From assembly GCA_002269645.1 (NCBI GenBank), contig NIVC01001736.1:1-36416 (forward strand): a DNA stretch of 36,416 nt, in the 5' to 3' direction. The position numbers and the translations under genes were made by a program. Position 1 is the first letter of the stretch; every line of letters starts with the position of its first letter. Positions 20,902 to 33,077 of this stretch are shown here, piece after piece. The notes beneath the pieces are model-generated. The model did not search any database and was not told the DNA's origin. It saw only the letters and a list, made by a program, of their open reading frames with translations. Origin of the DNA: Macrostomum lignano. Taxonomy: Eukaryota.

Positions 20902-22039
20902 TACGACGTAAATGGAGAATCAAACTGAGCCGCAGCCTTTCAATACAAGAACGAGTCCCTCAGCCTGTCTCTATTTCAATCTGAAGCATGTGAGCTTCAA
21001 TTGCACACTGACACTGTTATGGCTCCACCGATTCCGACAGAAGACCACCAACACCAAATCAACCAGTCAATATCGGATCATCATTTCTAGCTAAACGCAA
21101 ATATATGAGTTTCTTTCCATTCAGTCTCGTTCTGGTTTGTATGGGGAGCATATGAAGTCTCATTTAGGTTGGCAAAAGCGATACTATTCCTTGATATCTG
21201 CTCTGAATGGTTGGAGTATTAGCTTGCAATCTTGGATCTTGAGCAGTGCCCCCAAGCCACACTAAATAGCCGCTTGTTATCGATTAGAAACTGGAAACTT
21301 GACAACAGATATATGGGTATTGTTTGTATAAGATATTCGAGAACCCCCTCCAAGGTTTCTGCTAAGCTGCCCTTGGTTAATTTTTTTTCTTTTCCCCAGA
21401 TGCCACTACAACACAAAATGTGCCTTTTACTTTACTAGTTCCTACTCTGCATCTTCAGCTAGAGATGTCGCTAACTCAGTACAAGCTAACGCATTTTCCG
21501 CTAGTGGCGTAAGTTAAGAAGACTTGACCATGGTTAGTACGCATCTGAATACGTTTGAGCGAGCAATAAAGCTGAGCTGAAATACAATGTTGCAGCTGCA
21601 ACCCCCAAGCTTGTCAGACACATTTCAACATCTAAATTTCTTAGACTTTTTTTCACAGCACAGCCCAAACAATTGACTTTCCACACACAGTTGAATAAAC
21701 TTTTGCGACTTTTGCAAAACATGCTTTATGATGAATTTCAGTTCTTTAAGTTTTGCAGCAGAGCGGGCGTACCGGATGTGGTGGAACGAAAAAGAGACGG
21801 AGTCAGCATCAATCAGAAAGACTTCGATCTCCAGCATGGTTGGGTGGTCCGATTTTGCCTCTGCGGTCCGAAAGCCGCCGAGTCCAACTAATGGAATGCA
21901 CTTTTAATGTTGCGTTTTTTCTCACGGCCGTCTGTGATCTGTCATCCATGGGCGTCCTACAGAAATTTTTGTCAGCTGAAGGGTTTTAGCAGAGGGTAGA
22001 GGCGACAAGATTAGAAGAGAACAATGGAGGAGAGAACAA

Positions 22040-22397
22040 TGGAGGAGAGAGGAGAGGAGAGGAGAGGAGAGGAGAGGAGAGGAGAGGAGAGGAGAGGAGA
22101 GGAGAGGAGAGGAGAGGAGAGGAGAGGAGAGAGGAGAGGAGAGGAGAGGAGAGGAGAGGAGAGGAGAGGAGAGGAGAGGAGAGGAGAGGAGAGGAGAGGA
22201 GAGGAGAGGAGAGGAGAGGAGAGGAGAGGAGAGGAGAGGAGAGGAGAGGAGAGGAGAGGAGAGGAGAGGAGAGGAGAGGAGAGGAGAGGAGAGGAGAGGA
22301 GAGGAGAGGAGAGGAGAGGAGAGGAGAGGAGAGGAGAGGAGAGGAGAGGAGAGGAGAGGAGAGGAGAGGAGAGGAGAGGAGAGGAGAGGAGGAGAGG
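22040..22397. repeat. (GGAGA)n pentanucleotide microsatellite
   Basis: Visible, nearly perfect. Confidence 0.98.
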
Positions 22398-22918
22398 CGA
22401 GAATGACCAAGCAGCGGAAGCCAAGTAAAAAGCAACTCTTGCTGCCCCTTTTGGCCAAGAGAAACATGCTGTCCGACTGGAACTGCAGCCGCCCCGAATC
22501 GGCAGCGCTATGCAAACATGCTATCCATGCTATCGAATTCCGTCATTCGCAGGGGCCCCGGGGGGCGGAGAGGAAATTAGCGAGATGTGCTTCATACGCG
22601 GTCACTTCGCAAAAAATAAGGAATGGACAACAAACCAGAAGAGAGGGAGGCGGAAACCTAAACAGAAGTAATGAAAGCGGGGCACATCCGTGTCTGCATG
22701 TTTGCCCAATGCAGAACTATTCTTGTTTTTTCCAAGGCTTTTTGTAACGAAACGCCAGAAAACAGCTGTGACAGTCTTCCATCTTTTGTCTGGCTTTGGA
22801 TTCTAATATAAGGAGTCTGGGTGAGCGATTTACCTTTTTTGAAAAATCAGTTGCGGTAAAGTACAAATTTATCTAAGCAATATCTGATATGGGTTTCCTG
22901 TCTTGTAGTAGCCTTAAG

Positions 22919-23549
22919 AATGGAGAAGCAGATTCAAGCAATGAAGCAGCGGAGAAGCAGATTCAAGCAATGAAGCAGCGGAGAAGCAGATTCAAGCAAT
23001 GAAGCAGCGGAGAAGCAGATTCAAGCAATGAAGCAGCGGAGAAGCAGATTCAAGCAATGAAGCAGCGGAGAAGCAGATTCAAGCAATGAAGCAGCGGAGA
23101 AGCAGATTCAAGCAATGAAGCAGCGGAGAAGCAGATTCAAGCAATGAAGCAGCGGAGAAGCAGATTCAAGCAATGAAGCAGCGGAGAAGCAGATTCAAGC
23201 AATGAAGCAGCGGAGAAGCAGATTCAATCAATGAAGCAGCGGAGAAGCGGATTCAAGCAATGAAGCAGCGGAGAAGCAGATTCAATCAATGGAGCAGCGG
23301 AGAAGCAGATTCAAGCAATGAAGCAGCGGAGAAGCAGATTCAAGCAATGGAGCAGCGGAGAAGCAGATTCAAGCAATGGAGCAGCGGAGAAGCAGATTCA
23401 ATCAATGGAGCAGCGGAGAAGCAGATTCAATCAATGGAGCAGCGGAGAAGCAGATTCAAGCAATGGAGCAGCGGAGAAGCAGATTCAATCAATGGAGCAG
23501 CGGAGAAGCAGATTCAATCAATGGAGCAGCGGAGAAGCAGATTCAAGCA
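22919..23549. repeat. Minisatellite, 29-bp unit AATG(A/G)AGCAGCGGAGAAGCAGATTCAA(G/T)C
   Basis: Period 29 (22922, 22951). Confidence 0.97.
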
Positions 23550-24280
23550 AAGGCCAACTTTCAAGCGCAACTGATGCAGTGCACTGTCAGTTTCTTTATT
23601 AGTATTTTTACCGACAAGATTTGATAATACTGGCTTTCCATCAGGTTTCTATTGAAGTACTTTCGCGTGCAGATGCCTGTTCAGTAGCAAAATAATTCCC
23701 AGGAAGTACTCTAGAAGCAGATTCAGTCGTGACACGGTCGTTTCAGACCTTCAGTAGGTGAGTTTCCGATTGAAGTAAAAAAGGATTGATCTCATTTTCC
23801 ATCTCTCATATAGCGAATTCAAGAAGACAGGAGAAATTCACAGCAGTTTTGCATGCAAAATTAAAGACTCGCTGTGTGACAAATATAGCCTAGAAATGTA
23901 ACAAAACAATGCCTATTAATCTCTTCTTTGAAGCAGAAAGCCAGACAGAAACTCTCTGCCGCTGCGCTGTTCAAGCAAAAAGCAATTCTCTTCAATCGAG
24001 GCCAAACTGAAGCCAGCTCAGCACAAAGAGATTTAAAAAGGTAAAGAGCAGATGAAAACGTGTCACCCGGAAGTTCCTCGAGGCAGTTAGGGACTGCAGT
24101 GCACTCCCCGCAGCCTTTGCTTCCGCTTGTTGGCTCCGCTCTCCCCCTCCCTTACATCCGCCGTGTTGTAAATCTTCACTTTGGAAACGATTTCCATGCT
24201 GCCAGTTTCTCCCAAGCTTTACTGATCTCCCGGCTCTCGTTGACAGGCGAGGAAGGCTGCCATTTTTGTGCGACGCGTTC

Positions 24281-24356
24281 AGCCAATCCGTCGCTGTCCA
24301 ATGAGAGGCTCCAGCCAGACCAGATCTTCGTCAAGTTCTTTGAAGCCAGATATAAA
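24281..24356 (+). promoter_or_regulatory. Candidate core promoter of the GPCR gene (two CCAAT boxes and TATAAA)
   Basis: AGCCAATC at 24281, CCAAT at 24298 and TATAAA at 24351-24356, ~100 bp before ATG 24458. Motif match only. Confidence 0.35.
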
Positions 24357-24457
24357 CTCCCGTACTCCCATTCGAATTCGCAGCTCAGCAATAATTTTAT
24401 AATATTCCCTAATAGTCGCATGCGTCACTGATCCTCAGATCCCGCCGCGCTGCCGCC

Positions 24458-25008
24458 ATGAAAACGGACTCATCTGAGTCGGCCTGGCTGCTCGAGTTCG
24501 CCTGGTACGCAGCCATGATTCCGGCGTGTGCGGCAGCCACCGCGGCCTTCGCATTCGCCGCGTGCGTGTTCTACCAGCTGGGCCGCCGGTCAGCGGACGA
24601 CCGGCTTGGCGCGCTGCGCGGCTTCTGCGTCCTGCTGGCCACGGAGACGCTGGTCTGCGCCAGCGCCGGCGTCTGCCTTGTCTTCAAGCTTCAACTGCTG
24701 CTGCTGGTCAGGCCGATCGCCATCTCCGAGGACAGATCGGCCATCAGCGGAAATTCGACAATTGTGACGACGCAAACGCCGCCGTTGCACAGCGTGCAGC
24801 ATCACATCTCCCCCATCCCGCTGCTTGTGTCCTTCTACCTGACCAACTACCTGCTGTTCGTGCGCAATTATTGCATAGTGGCCAAGACCAGCCTGGCCCT
24901 GCATCACGTGGCCGCGCCGATCACCGCTCGAGTTCGATTAACGAAAACTAGAGTACTGATGGCTTACCTGGCCTGCTATGCGCTGGCGCTGGCGCCTGTG
25001 TGCGCCCG
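24458..25008 (+). CDS. Divergent rhodopsin-like (class A) 7TM GPCR, exon 1 (TM1-TM4)
   Basis: Four hydrophobic segments. The TM3/ICL2 pattern VRNYCIVAKTSLALHHVAAPITARVRLTKTRV resembles invertebrate peptide-receptor-like GPCRs. Donor CG|GTGAGA at 25008/25009, phase 2. Confidence 0.75.
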
Positions 25009-25125
25009 GTGAGATTCGGTTTCTGGTAGAGTTGCACTGGGCGATGACCATTATAGGCTGGTGGTAGTCTTATGCAGTACTTCAGATTCTTTTGGTGTGA
25101 TTAAGGCCTCATTTCAGTCAGTCTC

Positions 25126-25435
25126 GGGGGTTGTAGTCTAGTGATTAGAACGTCGGACTCACAACTTGAAGGTCGGGGGTTCGATTCTCGTCCCACTCGG
25201 AACAATTTGTGTTCTTGAGCAAGACAATTAACTCCGCATTGCTTCAGTTCACCCAGCTGTAAAATGGGTGCCAGCTTTAGGTGGGGTAATTGAGGCTGTG
25301 TGTGGCGACCCCCCATGCAGTCCTTGGATTGAACAGCCGTACGCAGCCTTCAGATGCGCCGCGCAATAGCTGCGGCTGAGCTGTCGGTTGCACATCTGCC
25401 CATTAGGGCAATTATTCAGTCAATTATTATTATTA
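25126..25435 (+). mobile_element. tRNA-derived CORE-type SINE, copy 2 (in the GPCR intron)
   Basis: Colinear with the reverse complement of 8334-8640: B box GGTTCGATTC, CORE-like GAGCAAGAC...CACCCAGCTGTAAAATGGG, shared 3' part CAGCCGTACGCAGCCTTCAGATGCGCCGCGCAATAGCTGC and an (ATT)n tail. Confidence 0.88.
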
Positions 25436-26482
25436 GTATATTGAGTCAGTCAACAGGATCTTTAGATGTCAGCGTAAACTCTACCGCACAAAGGACACTC
25501 AATCATTCTCATGGTCAGGCATGCACAAACTCAGGGAACTCAGCTGAGCAGTTCTTGGTTTCTGAGGTCTTTTGGTGCCGGTGCAAATTTATCGGTCGGT
25601 GATGACATTGCTTGACTTCTGTGCCACGGGGGCGGTGGGGAGATGGGATGTGAACTGCTGTCTGCCTTGACGGTTGGCCGAAATTAATGGGTGGCTTGCT
25701 GTTGCCTACAGAATAGCCACCTCTATGCTGCGCTAATTAGGGCAATACGAAATTTTGCTTTCTAAGAATAATCGCATCCTGCCTCGGAGACAGACGGACA
25801 AGGGAATAAGTATCATCTTCATGCGTGCGCACGGATGCGAGGCAGAAAGTCAGGGGAAGCGACTTGAGGAAGCGGACAGCCGGGAAGATGTCAGCGCAGG
25901 ACTTTGGCAATGAAGATTTTCTTGAATTCAAATGCGAAGTCCAGCTCGGAGGTTGGGACTTTTTCAGGACCGTGCTTCATCCTCTCTCTAGATGCCTACT
26001 CGGCTTCGATAATCCCCCATCTCCCATGGAGTTGTAACTCCCCTGGGCCAGGAGGGGAAGCGGATGAGCAGACAAACCATTTTCCCCCAGTGTCGAAGTG
26101 TCCGTCATCAGTTTATTATTCTCGCATCAATAAGCCCTGAGGGCGGAGGTCAGAGGGATCAGTAGGGCTTAATCTGCTATGCTAATGCGATTCCCTGAGC
26201 TGACTGGAGCCTCGATATTGAGTTGTCTTAAAGACAGGCCCATTGCAGCATTTCAAGTGATGGACAGGGTGACGAGGCGTTGCGAGTGAATTTTAATGTG
26301 GTATGTTTTTTTCAACTTTCGCGATTCAATTAGTTAAGGCGCGACACGTCAGCTCAGAGCGGAGCTGCTCGGCAGCCCGTCTTTGACAATAGCAGCAATG
26401 CCAGATTGTTTGGCATAAATTAATACTTTGGTTTCAGTTAAGCGTATTCTGCTCAGCAGTGACCGCTATTTTACCCTGGTAA

Positions 26483-28273
26483 ATCTCCCAGTAGATGTAG
26501 GAGTAGAACTCAGATCTCCCTGTAGATGTAGGAGTAGAACTCAGATCTCCCTGTAGATGTAGGAGTAGAACTCAGATCTCCCTGTAGATGTAGGAGTAGA
26601 ACGCAGATCTCCCTGTAGATGTAGGAGTAGAACGCAGATCTCCCTGTAGATGTAGGAGTAGAACTCAGATCTCCCTGTAGATGTAGGAGTAGAACGCAGA
26701 TCTCCCTGTAGATGTAGGAGTAGAACTCAGATCTCCCAGTAGATGTAGGAGTAGAACTCAGATCTCCCCGTAGATGTAGGAGTAGAACTCAGATCTCCCA
26801 GTGGATGTATGGATGTAGGAGTAGAACTCAGATCTCCCCCTAGATGTAGGAGTAGAACTCAGATCTCCCTGTAGATGTAGGAGTAGAACGCAGATCTCCC
26901 TGTAGATGTAGGAGTAGAACTCAGATCTCCCTGTAGATGTAGGAGTAGAACTCAGATCTCCCAGTAGATGTAGGAGTAGAACTCAGATCTTCCTGTAGAT
27001 GTAGGAGTAGAACTCAGATCTCCCTGTAGATGTAGGAGTAGAACTCAGATCTCCCTGTAGATGTAGGAGTAGAACGCAGATCTCCCTGTAGATGTAGGAG
27101 TAGAACGCAGATCTCCCTGTAGATGTAGGAGTAGAACGCAGATCTCCCTGTAGATGTAGGAGTAGAACTCAGATCTCCCAGTAGATGTAGGAGTAGAACG
27201 CAGATCTCCCTGTAGATGAAGGAGTAGAACTCAGATCTCCCAGTAGATGTAGGAGTAGAACGCAGATCTCCCTGTAGATGTAGGAGTAGAACTCAGATCT
27301 CCCTGTAGATGTAGGAGTGGAACGCAGATCTCCCTGTAGATGTAGGAGTAGAACGCAGATCTCCCTGTAGATGAAGGAGTAGAACTCAGATCTCCCAGTA
27401 GATGTAGGAGTAGAACGCAGATCTCCCTGTAGATGTAGGAGTAGAACTCAGATCTCCCTGTAGATGTAGGAGTAGAACTCAGATCTCCCAGTAGATGTAG
27501 GAGTAGAACTCAGATCTCCCTGTAGATGTAGGAGTAGAACTCAGATCTCCCAGTAGATGTAGGAGTAGAACTCAGATCTCCCAGTAGATGTAGGAGTAGA
27601 ACTCAGATCTCCCTGTAGATGTAGGAGTAGAACTCAGATCTCCCTGTAGATGTAGGAGTAGAACTCAGATCTCCCTGTAGATGTAGGAGTAGAACTCAGA
27701 TCTCCCAGTAGATGTAGGAGTAGAACTCAGATCTCCCTGTAGATGTAGGAGTGGAACGCAGATCTCCCAGTAGATGTAGGAGTAGAACGCAGATCTCCCT
27801 GTAGATGTAGGAGTAGAACGCAGATCTCCCTGTAGATGTAGGAGTAGAACGCAGATCTCCCTGTAGATGAAGGAGTAGAACTCAGATCTCCCAGTAGATG
27901 TAGGAGTAGAACGCAGATCTCCCTGTAGATGTAGGAGTAGAACTCAGATCTCCCTGTAGATGTAGGAGTAGAACTCAGATCTCCCAGTAGATGTAGCAGT
28001 AGAACTCAGATCTCCCTGTAGATGTAGGAGTAGAACGCAGATCTCCCTGTAGATGTAAGAGTGGAACGCAGATCTCCCTGTAGATGTAGGAGTAGAACTC
28101 AGATCTCCCAGTAGATGTAGCAGTAGAACTCAGATCTCCCTGTAGATGTAGGAGTAGAACGCAGATCTCCCTGTAGATGTAAGAGTGGAACGCAGATCTC
28201 CCTGTAGATGTAGGAGTAGAACTCAGATCTCCCAGTAGATGTAGGAGTGGAACGCAGATCTCCCCTTAGATGT
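26483..28273. repeat. Minisatellite, 31-bp unit GTAGATGTAGGAGTAGAAC(T/G)CAGATCTCCC(T/A), ~58 copies
   Basis: Period 31 (26491, 26522). Confidence 0.98.
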
Positions 28274-28728
28274 GGCAATGGACTTCAAGTACCTTTGGGA
28301 AGAATAAAAAAGGATAATTAGAAATATCAATTTTAGGAAATAGAAATGGAGCCAAGAAAATAGAAAAAAACAGTTTTTACTGGCACAGGTAAGATAAACT
28401 GACCAGATAAAAACCATTAAAGTTATAGAAAATTCATGTCTGCAATCAAAGTTTCTGAATTCTGAAGCTACGTCGTAAATTCAGTTTTGGATTACATGCA
28501 GATGGACCAACTGCCAAAAAAGGTCGTCAATGGACTTTGAAACGCAGTCCCCATGCGGATTCTAAAGAGAAGTTCCCCTTCGCTTGACGCTGATTGATTT
28601 AGTTGGCCAGCAGAATTAATTATGCAACGCGTCCACACTTGACTGTGCCAGTAAAGTTTCTGCGAATAGTTTGCATTTTTCGTTAGTAAATACAGACTCT
28701 AGTGTGGCCTTATACTTTTTAACTTTAA

Positions 28729-29571
28729 CTCTAGTATCAGGTTTGAGTCAGTATCAGAGCTCTAGTATCAGGTTTGAGTCAGTATCAGAGCTCTAGTATC
28801 AGGTTTGAGTCAGTATCAGAGCTCTAGTATCAGGTTTGAGTCAGTATCAGAGCTCTAGTATCAGGTTTGAGTCAGTATCAGAGCTCTAGTAGATTTGAGT
28901 CAGTATCAGAGCTCTAGTATCAGGTTTGAGTCAATATCAGAGCTCTAGTAGATTTGAGTCAATATCAGAGCTCTAGTAGATTTGAGTCAATATCAGAGCT
29001 CTAGTAGATTTGAGTCAATATCAGAGCTCTAGTAGGTTTGAGTCAATATCAGAGCTCTAGTAGGTTTGAGTCAATATCAGAGCTCTAGTAGGTTTGAGTC
29101 AATATCAGAGCTCTAGTAGATTTGAGTCAATATCAGAGCTCTAGTAGATTTGAGTCAATATCAGAGCTCTAGTAGATTTGAGTCAATATCAGAGCTCTAG
29201 TAGGTTTGAGTCAATATCAGAGCTCTAGTATCAGGTTTGAGTCAATATCAGAGCTCTAGTGTCAGGTTTGAGTCAATATCAGAGCTCTAGTATCAGGTTT
29301 GAGTCAATATCAGAGCTCTAGTGTCAGGTTTGAGTCAATATCAGAGCTCTAGTATCAGGTTTGAGTCAGTATCAGAGCTCTAGTGTCAGGTTTGAGTCGA
29401 TATCAGAGCTCTAGTGTCAGGTTTGAGTCGGTATCAGAGCTCTAGTGTCAGGTTTGAGTCAATATCAGAGCTCTAGTGTCAGGTTTGAGTCGGTATCAGA
29501 GCTCTAGTATCAGGTTTGAGTCAATATCAGAGCTCTAGTGTCAGGTTTGAGTCGGTATCAGAGCTCTAGTG
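28729..29571. repeat. Minisatellite with 31-bp (CTCTAGT(A/G)TCAGGTTTGAGTCA(G/A)TATCAGAG) and 28-bp variants
   Basis: Period 31 at the edges; 28-bp variants mainly at ~28950-29220. Confidence 0.97.
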
Positions 29572-30187
29572 CTGTGGCTCTGAGTCGGAGCCAGATCTAC
29601 AGTACAGTTCATGCAACAGCACGTAACCTGGGCCATCTTTCATAATCCTGGGCCTAATCCGTTTTCATAATCAATTTGTTGTTCGACCGATGAAGCATCA
29701 GATAGTGGAGCACTCTCAGTCTTTAGTTTAGAAAATACGTCGCCTGCAGGCATAACTTGCGGCCTTGATGGACCGGCCTGGACTCTTGACGCTGCTCTGC
29801 CCCATCAATCACGCGCGCTACAGGACGCGATCTCAAATCATACTCCGCTTGACAGCTGATATGGGCTAGCCAGTTCCACTGAAGCCATGCCTGTGCCTGG
29901 TCAGGGTGCCAAATAATTCTGTTGCTAGCCGGGGTGTTGATTCCGCTGATACTATGAGCATTGCATTGTAATGGGCATTAGCGCATATAATTCCTGCATA
30001 CTAATTATGGAAATCTGAGCTCTGATAGCACTCTGCGTCAGAGTGTCAGTTCTGATTCGCGCATCATGGGCTCAAACTGATCGTGATTTGGCTAATAAAT
30101 TAGCAACTTATGAATACATAGCTTGAAGAGTAAACGCATTGCTTTGCAATCAATTTCGATTTTTATCAATTGATTTTTAACTGCGAA

Positions 30188-30799
30188 GCCACCTCACCCC
30201 TGCCCAGCCACCTCACCCCTGCCCAGCCACCTCACTTCCTGCCCAACCACCTCACTCCCTGCCCAACCACCTCACTCCCTGCCCAACCACCTCACTCCCT
30301 GCCCAACCACCTCACCCCTGCCCAGCCACCTCACCCCCTGCCCAGCCACCTCACTTCCTGCCCAGCCACCTCACTCCCTGCCCAACCACCTCACTCCCTG
30401 CCCAACCACCTCACTCCCTGCTCAACCACCTCACTCCCTGCCCAACCACCTCACCCCCTGCCCAGCCACCTCACTTCCTGCCCAACCACCTCACTCCCTG
30501 CCCAACCACCTCACTTCCTGCCCAGCCACCTCACTCCCTGCCCAACCACCTCACTCCCTGCTCAACCACCTCACTCCCTGCCCAACCACCTCACCCCCTG
30601 CCCAGCCACCTCACTTCCTGCCCAACCACCTCACTCCCTGCCCAGCCACCTCACTCCCTGCCCAGCCACCTCACTCCCTGCCCAACCACCTCACCCCCTG
30701 CCCAACCACCTCACCCCCTGCCCAACCACCTCACTCCCTGCCCAACCACCTCACTCCCTGCCCAACCACCTCGCTCCCTGCCCAACCACCTCACTCCCT
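30188..30799. repeat. Minisatellite, 20-bp unit CCCTGCCCA(A/G)CCACCTCACT
   Basis: Period 20; ends ~115 bp before the GPCR exon 2 acceptor. Confidence 0.97.
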
Positions 30800-30914
30800 T
30801 CAGAAATACATGCTCAGTGATCAACTTTCGTAATGAAAAGTCTACATAGACACGGCAACACAGACGCACACCAATAGCACACGCACTGCCGCTACCCCAC
30901 TGCCAAAATCGCAG

Positions 30915-31650
30915 CTTCTCAGCGGAGAACATCAGCGACTACGTGACCGCCGACGCTCTACCCGCCTACGCCCGGCTGCTGTCGGCCAACCACGCCCTGG
31001 TGCACACAATCGTCTTCGCACTGCAGGGTCCCCTACCGGCCGGTCTGGCGCTGCTGCTCTCGCTGATCATCGCCGTCCACCTCGTGTTCCTGCGCCGCAG
31101 CCCGCAGGCCTGGTCAGTCAGCGACGCCGCCGATGCCGCGCCAGCGCAGCCAGCGTCGACGCCGAGCGACCGGCTGTCGAGACGCGCCGCCGGCCGAGTC
31201 CTACTTGTTGCCATCGCCTTCGCCGCCTGCGAGCTGCCGACGGCCACCCTGGCCGTGCTGGACATCAACGGCGAGGAGACCAGCGGCGTGGTGCTGACCA
31301 GACTGCTCGGCAACCTGCTGGTACTGGCGGACTCCTACTGCAACCTGGCCCTCATCGCCCTGACCAACAGGAAGTTCCTGCGCCAGGCCGGCAGAATCCT
31401 GAGCTGCCGGTGCCGCAGGCGAGTCGAAGAGCCGCGCGGCCGCGGAGCCACCCGCAGCGAAGCCAACGGCGGCGCCGACGCACCGGTTTGGCTTCGTCAG
31501 CGGAGGCGCTGGTCGGCGGCCGTCGACGGTCACGACGCTGACAATCCAGGAGGTCTCGAAGGCGGAGCTGCTGTACCGATGGTGGCGAGGGAATCCGCGG
31601 CGCCAATGATTGGCTCGTCTCTGCGAGGCACCATCGTGTGCCGGGTCTGA
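30915..31650 (+). CDS. Divergent 7TM GPCR, exon 2 (ECL2, TM5-TM7, C-tail)
   Basis: Acceptor AATCGCAG|C at 30914/30915 completes phase-2 CGC. TM5 ...GPLPAGLALLLSLII, TM6 AFAACELP, TM7 LGNLLVLADSYCNLALIALTNRKF, helix 8 with CRC. The joined CDS is 428 aa. Confidence 0.78.
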
Positions 31651-31856
31651 CTGGCTGTCCAGTCCCTGTTTACCGGTTTCAATTTGCACATTTGCATCAC
31701 CCTGCGAAATTTTGCATTCCAATGCCGCTCTGTAAGAAGGTGAATTTTATGCTTTGTGGATCGCGAGTCGTAAAGCGTGATGCTGTCGATGAAAAACTGT
31801 CAATATCCTGAATTCTCTATGACTCAAGCTGCCTCAAACATGAACTTTCTATGACC

Positions 31857-32340
31857 TGAACTGTCTATGACCCAAACTGTCTATTACCCAAACTGTCTAT
31901 TACCCAAACTGTCTATCACCCAAACTGTCTATCACCCAAACTGTCTATGACCCAAACTGCCTATCACCCAAACTGTCTATCACCCAAACTGTCTATCACC
32001 CAAACTGTTTATCACCCAAACTGTCTATCACCCAAACTGTCTATCACCCAAACTGTCTATCACCCAAACTGTCTATGACCCAAACTGCCTATCACCCAAA
32101 CTGTCTATCACCCAAACTGTCTATCACCCAAACTGTCTATCACCCAAACTGTCTATCACCCAAACTGTCTATCACCCAAACTGTCTATCACCCAAACTGT
32201 CTATGAGATCCAAACTGCCTATGAGATCCAAAATGTCTATGAGACCCAAACTGTCTATGACCTAAACTGTTTATCCCCCAAACTGTGCATGGCGCAAACT
32301 ATCGATGACCCGAACTGGCTAGCGCTATGACCCAAACTAC
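31857..32340. repeat. Minisatellite, 16-bp unit CTGTCTAT(C/G)ACCCAAA
   Basis: Period 16 (31921, 31937). Confidence 0.96.
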
Positions 32341-32787
32341 TTCAAGTATGTATGTTTCAAATTGACTTTACCCTGAAATGTATCGTAGTCTATACGTCGT
32401 ATATATCTACAAATGTATATATAGATTTCAAGTTATCTCTGACCCGAACTATGTATTACGACTCAAACTACCTATGACTGAATCAAAATTTAAAGGACAC
32501 AAACTTTATCGTTATAAATTTAAACTGATGCATCAACAAACACTACTGTACATCGACGATCTCCACTTTCTGGTTATCAATTTTCAATTTACGCTATTTT
32601 GACGGAAGAGAAACATTTCTGCTAAAATGATCAGCCTACATGTTGCATTTCCGCATGCAAAAACCTCACTCACTCAGCCGCAGATATCTGATAGGGATTT
32701 GTGTAAGAATTCTGATCTCGGCACTGGATAGCAGAAAGTACTTCCTTCCCCCGCTGCCAGGAGACCGCTCTTGCATAATCTAATCAG

Positions 32788-32868
32788 GGTGAGGTGGAGG
32801 ACGACCGAGATCCCATTTGGGATTTCCAGAACGCCAGCAATCCTTCTCGAGGACAGAAGCTTTCAAGA
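32788..32868 (+). CDS. Candidate internal exon of an unannotated gene (GEVEDDRDPIWDFQNASNPSRGQKLSR)
   Basis: CTAATCAG| acceptor, 81 nt open, |GTGAGC donor, phase 0-0. No recognised homology. Confidence 0.25.
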
Positions 32869-33077
32869 GTGAGCGCAGAGCCGCACCCGAATCCAATTTT
32901 CTGCAACATTTATTGCACAGCCGGCTTAAAGTATCGCCACAGTGGATGCAGGTGACGCTGCTTGGTGCAGCTGGGTAATTATTGATTCCTAACATTTGAT
33001 TCCTAACCACTGCCTCTTCGATATTCTGCGTGCTCGGTTGATTTAGGCTAAAAACACCTGGCCTTGCTATGGGCTTC

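Noticed and set aside
21759-21989. Possible terminal exon after TTTTGCAG (AERAYRMWWNEKE... or QSGRTGCGG...)
   Set aside because: All three forward frames are open for much of the region, so no frame can be chosen, and no homology is recognised.
24060-24431. Overlapping ORFs on both strands upstream of the GPCR
   Set aside because: No recognisable domain; the region is better explained as promoter/5'UTR.
25111-25451. TSD for SINE copy 2
   Set aside because: AGTCAGTC and TTCAGTCA matches exist but do not directly flank both ends.
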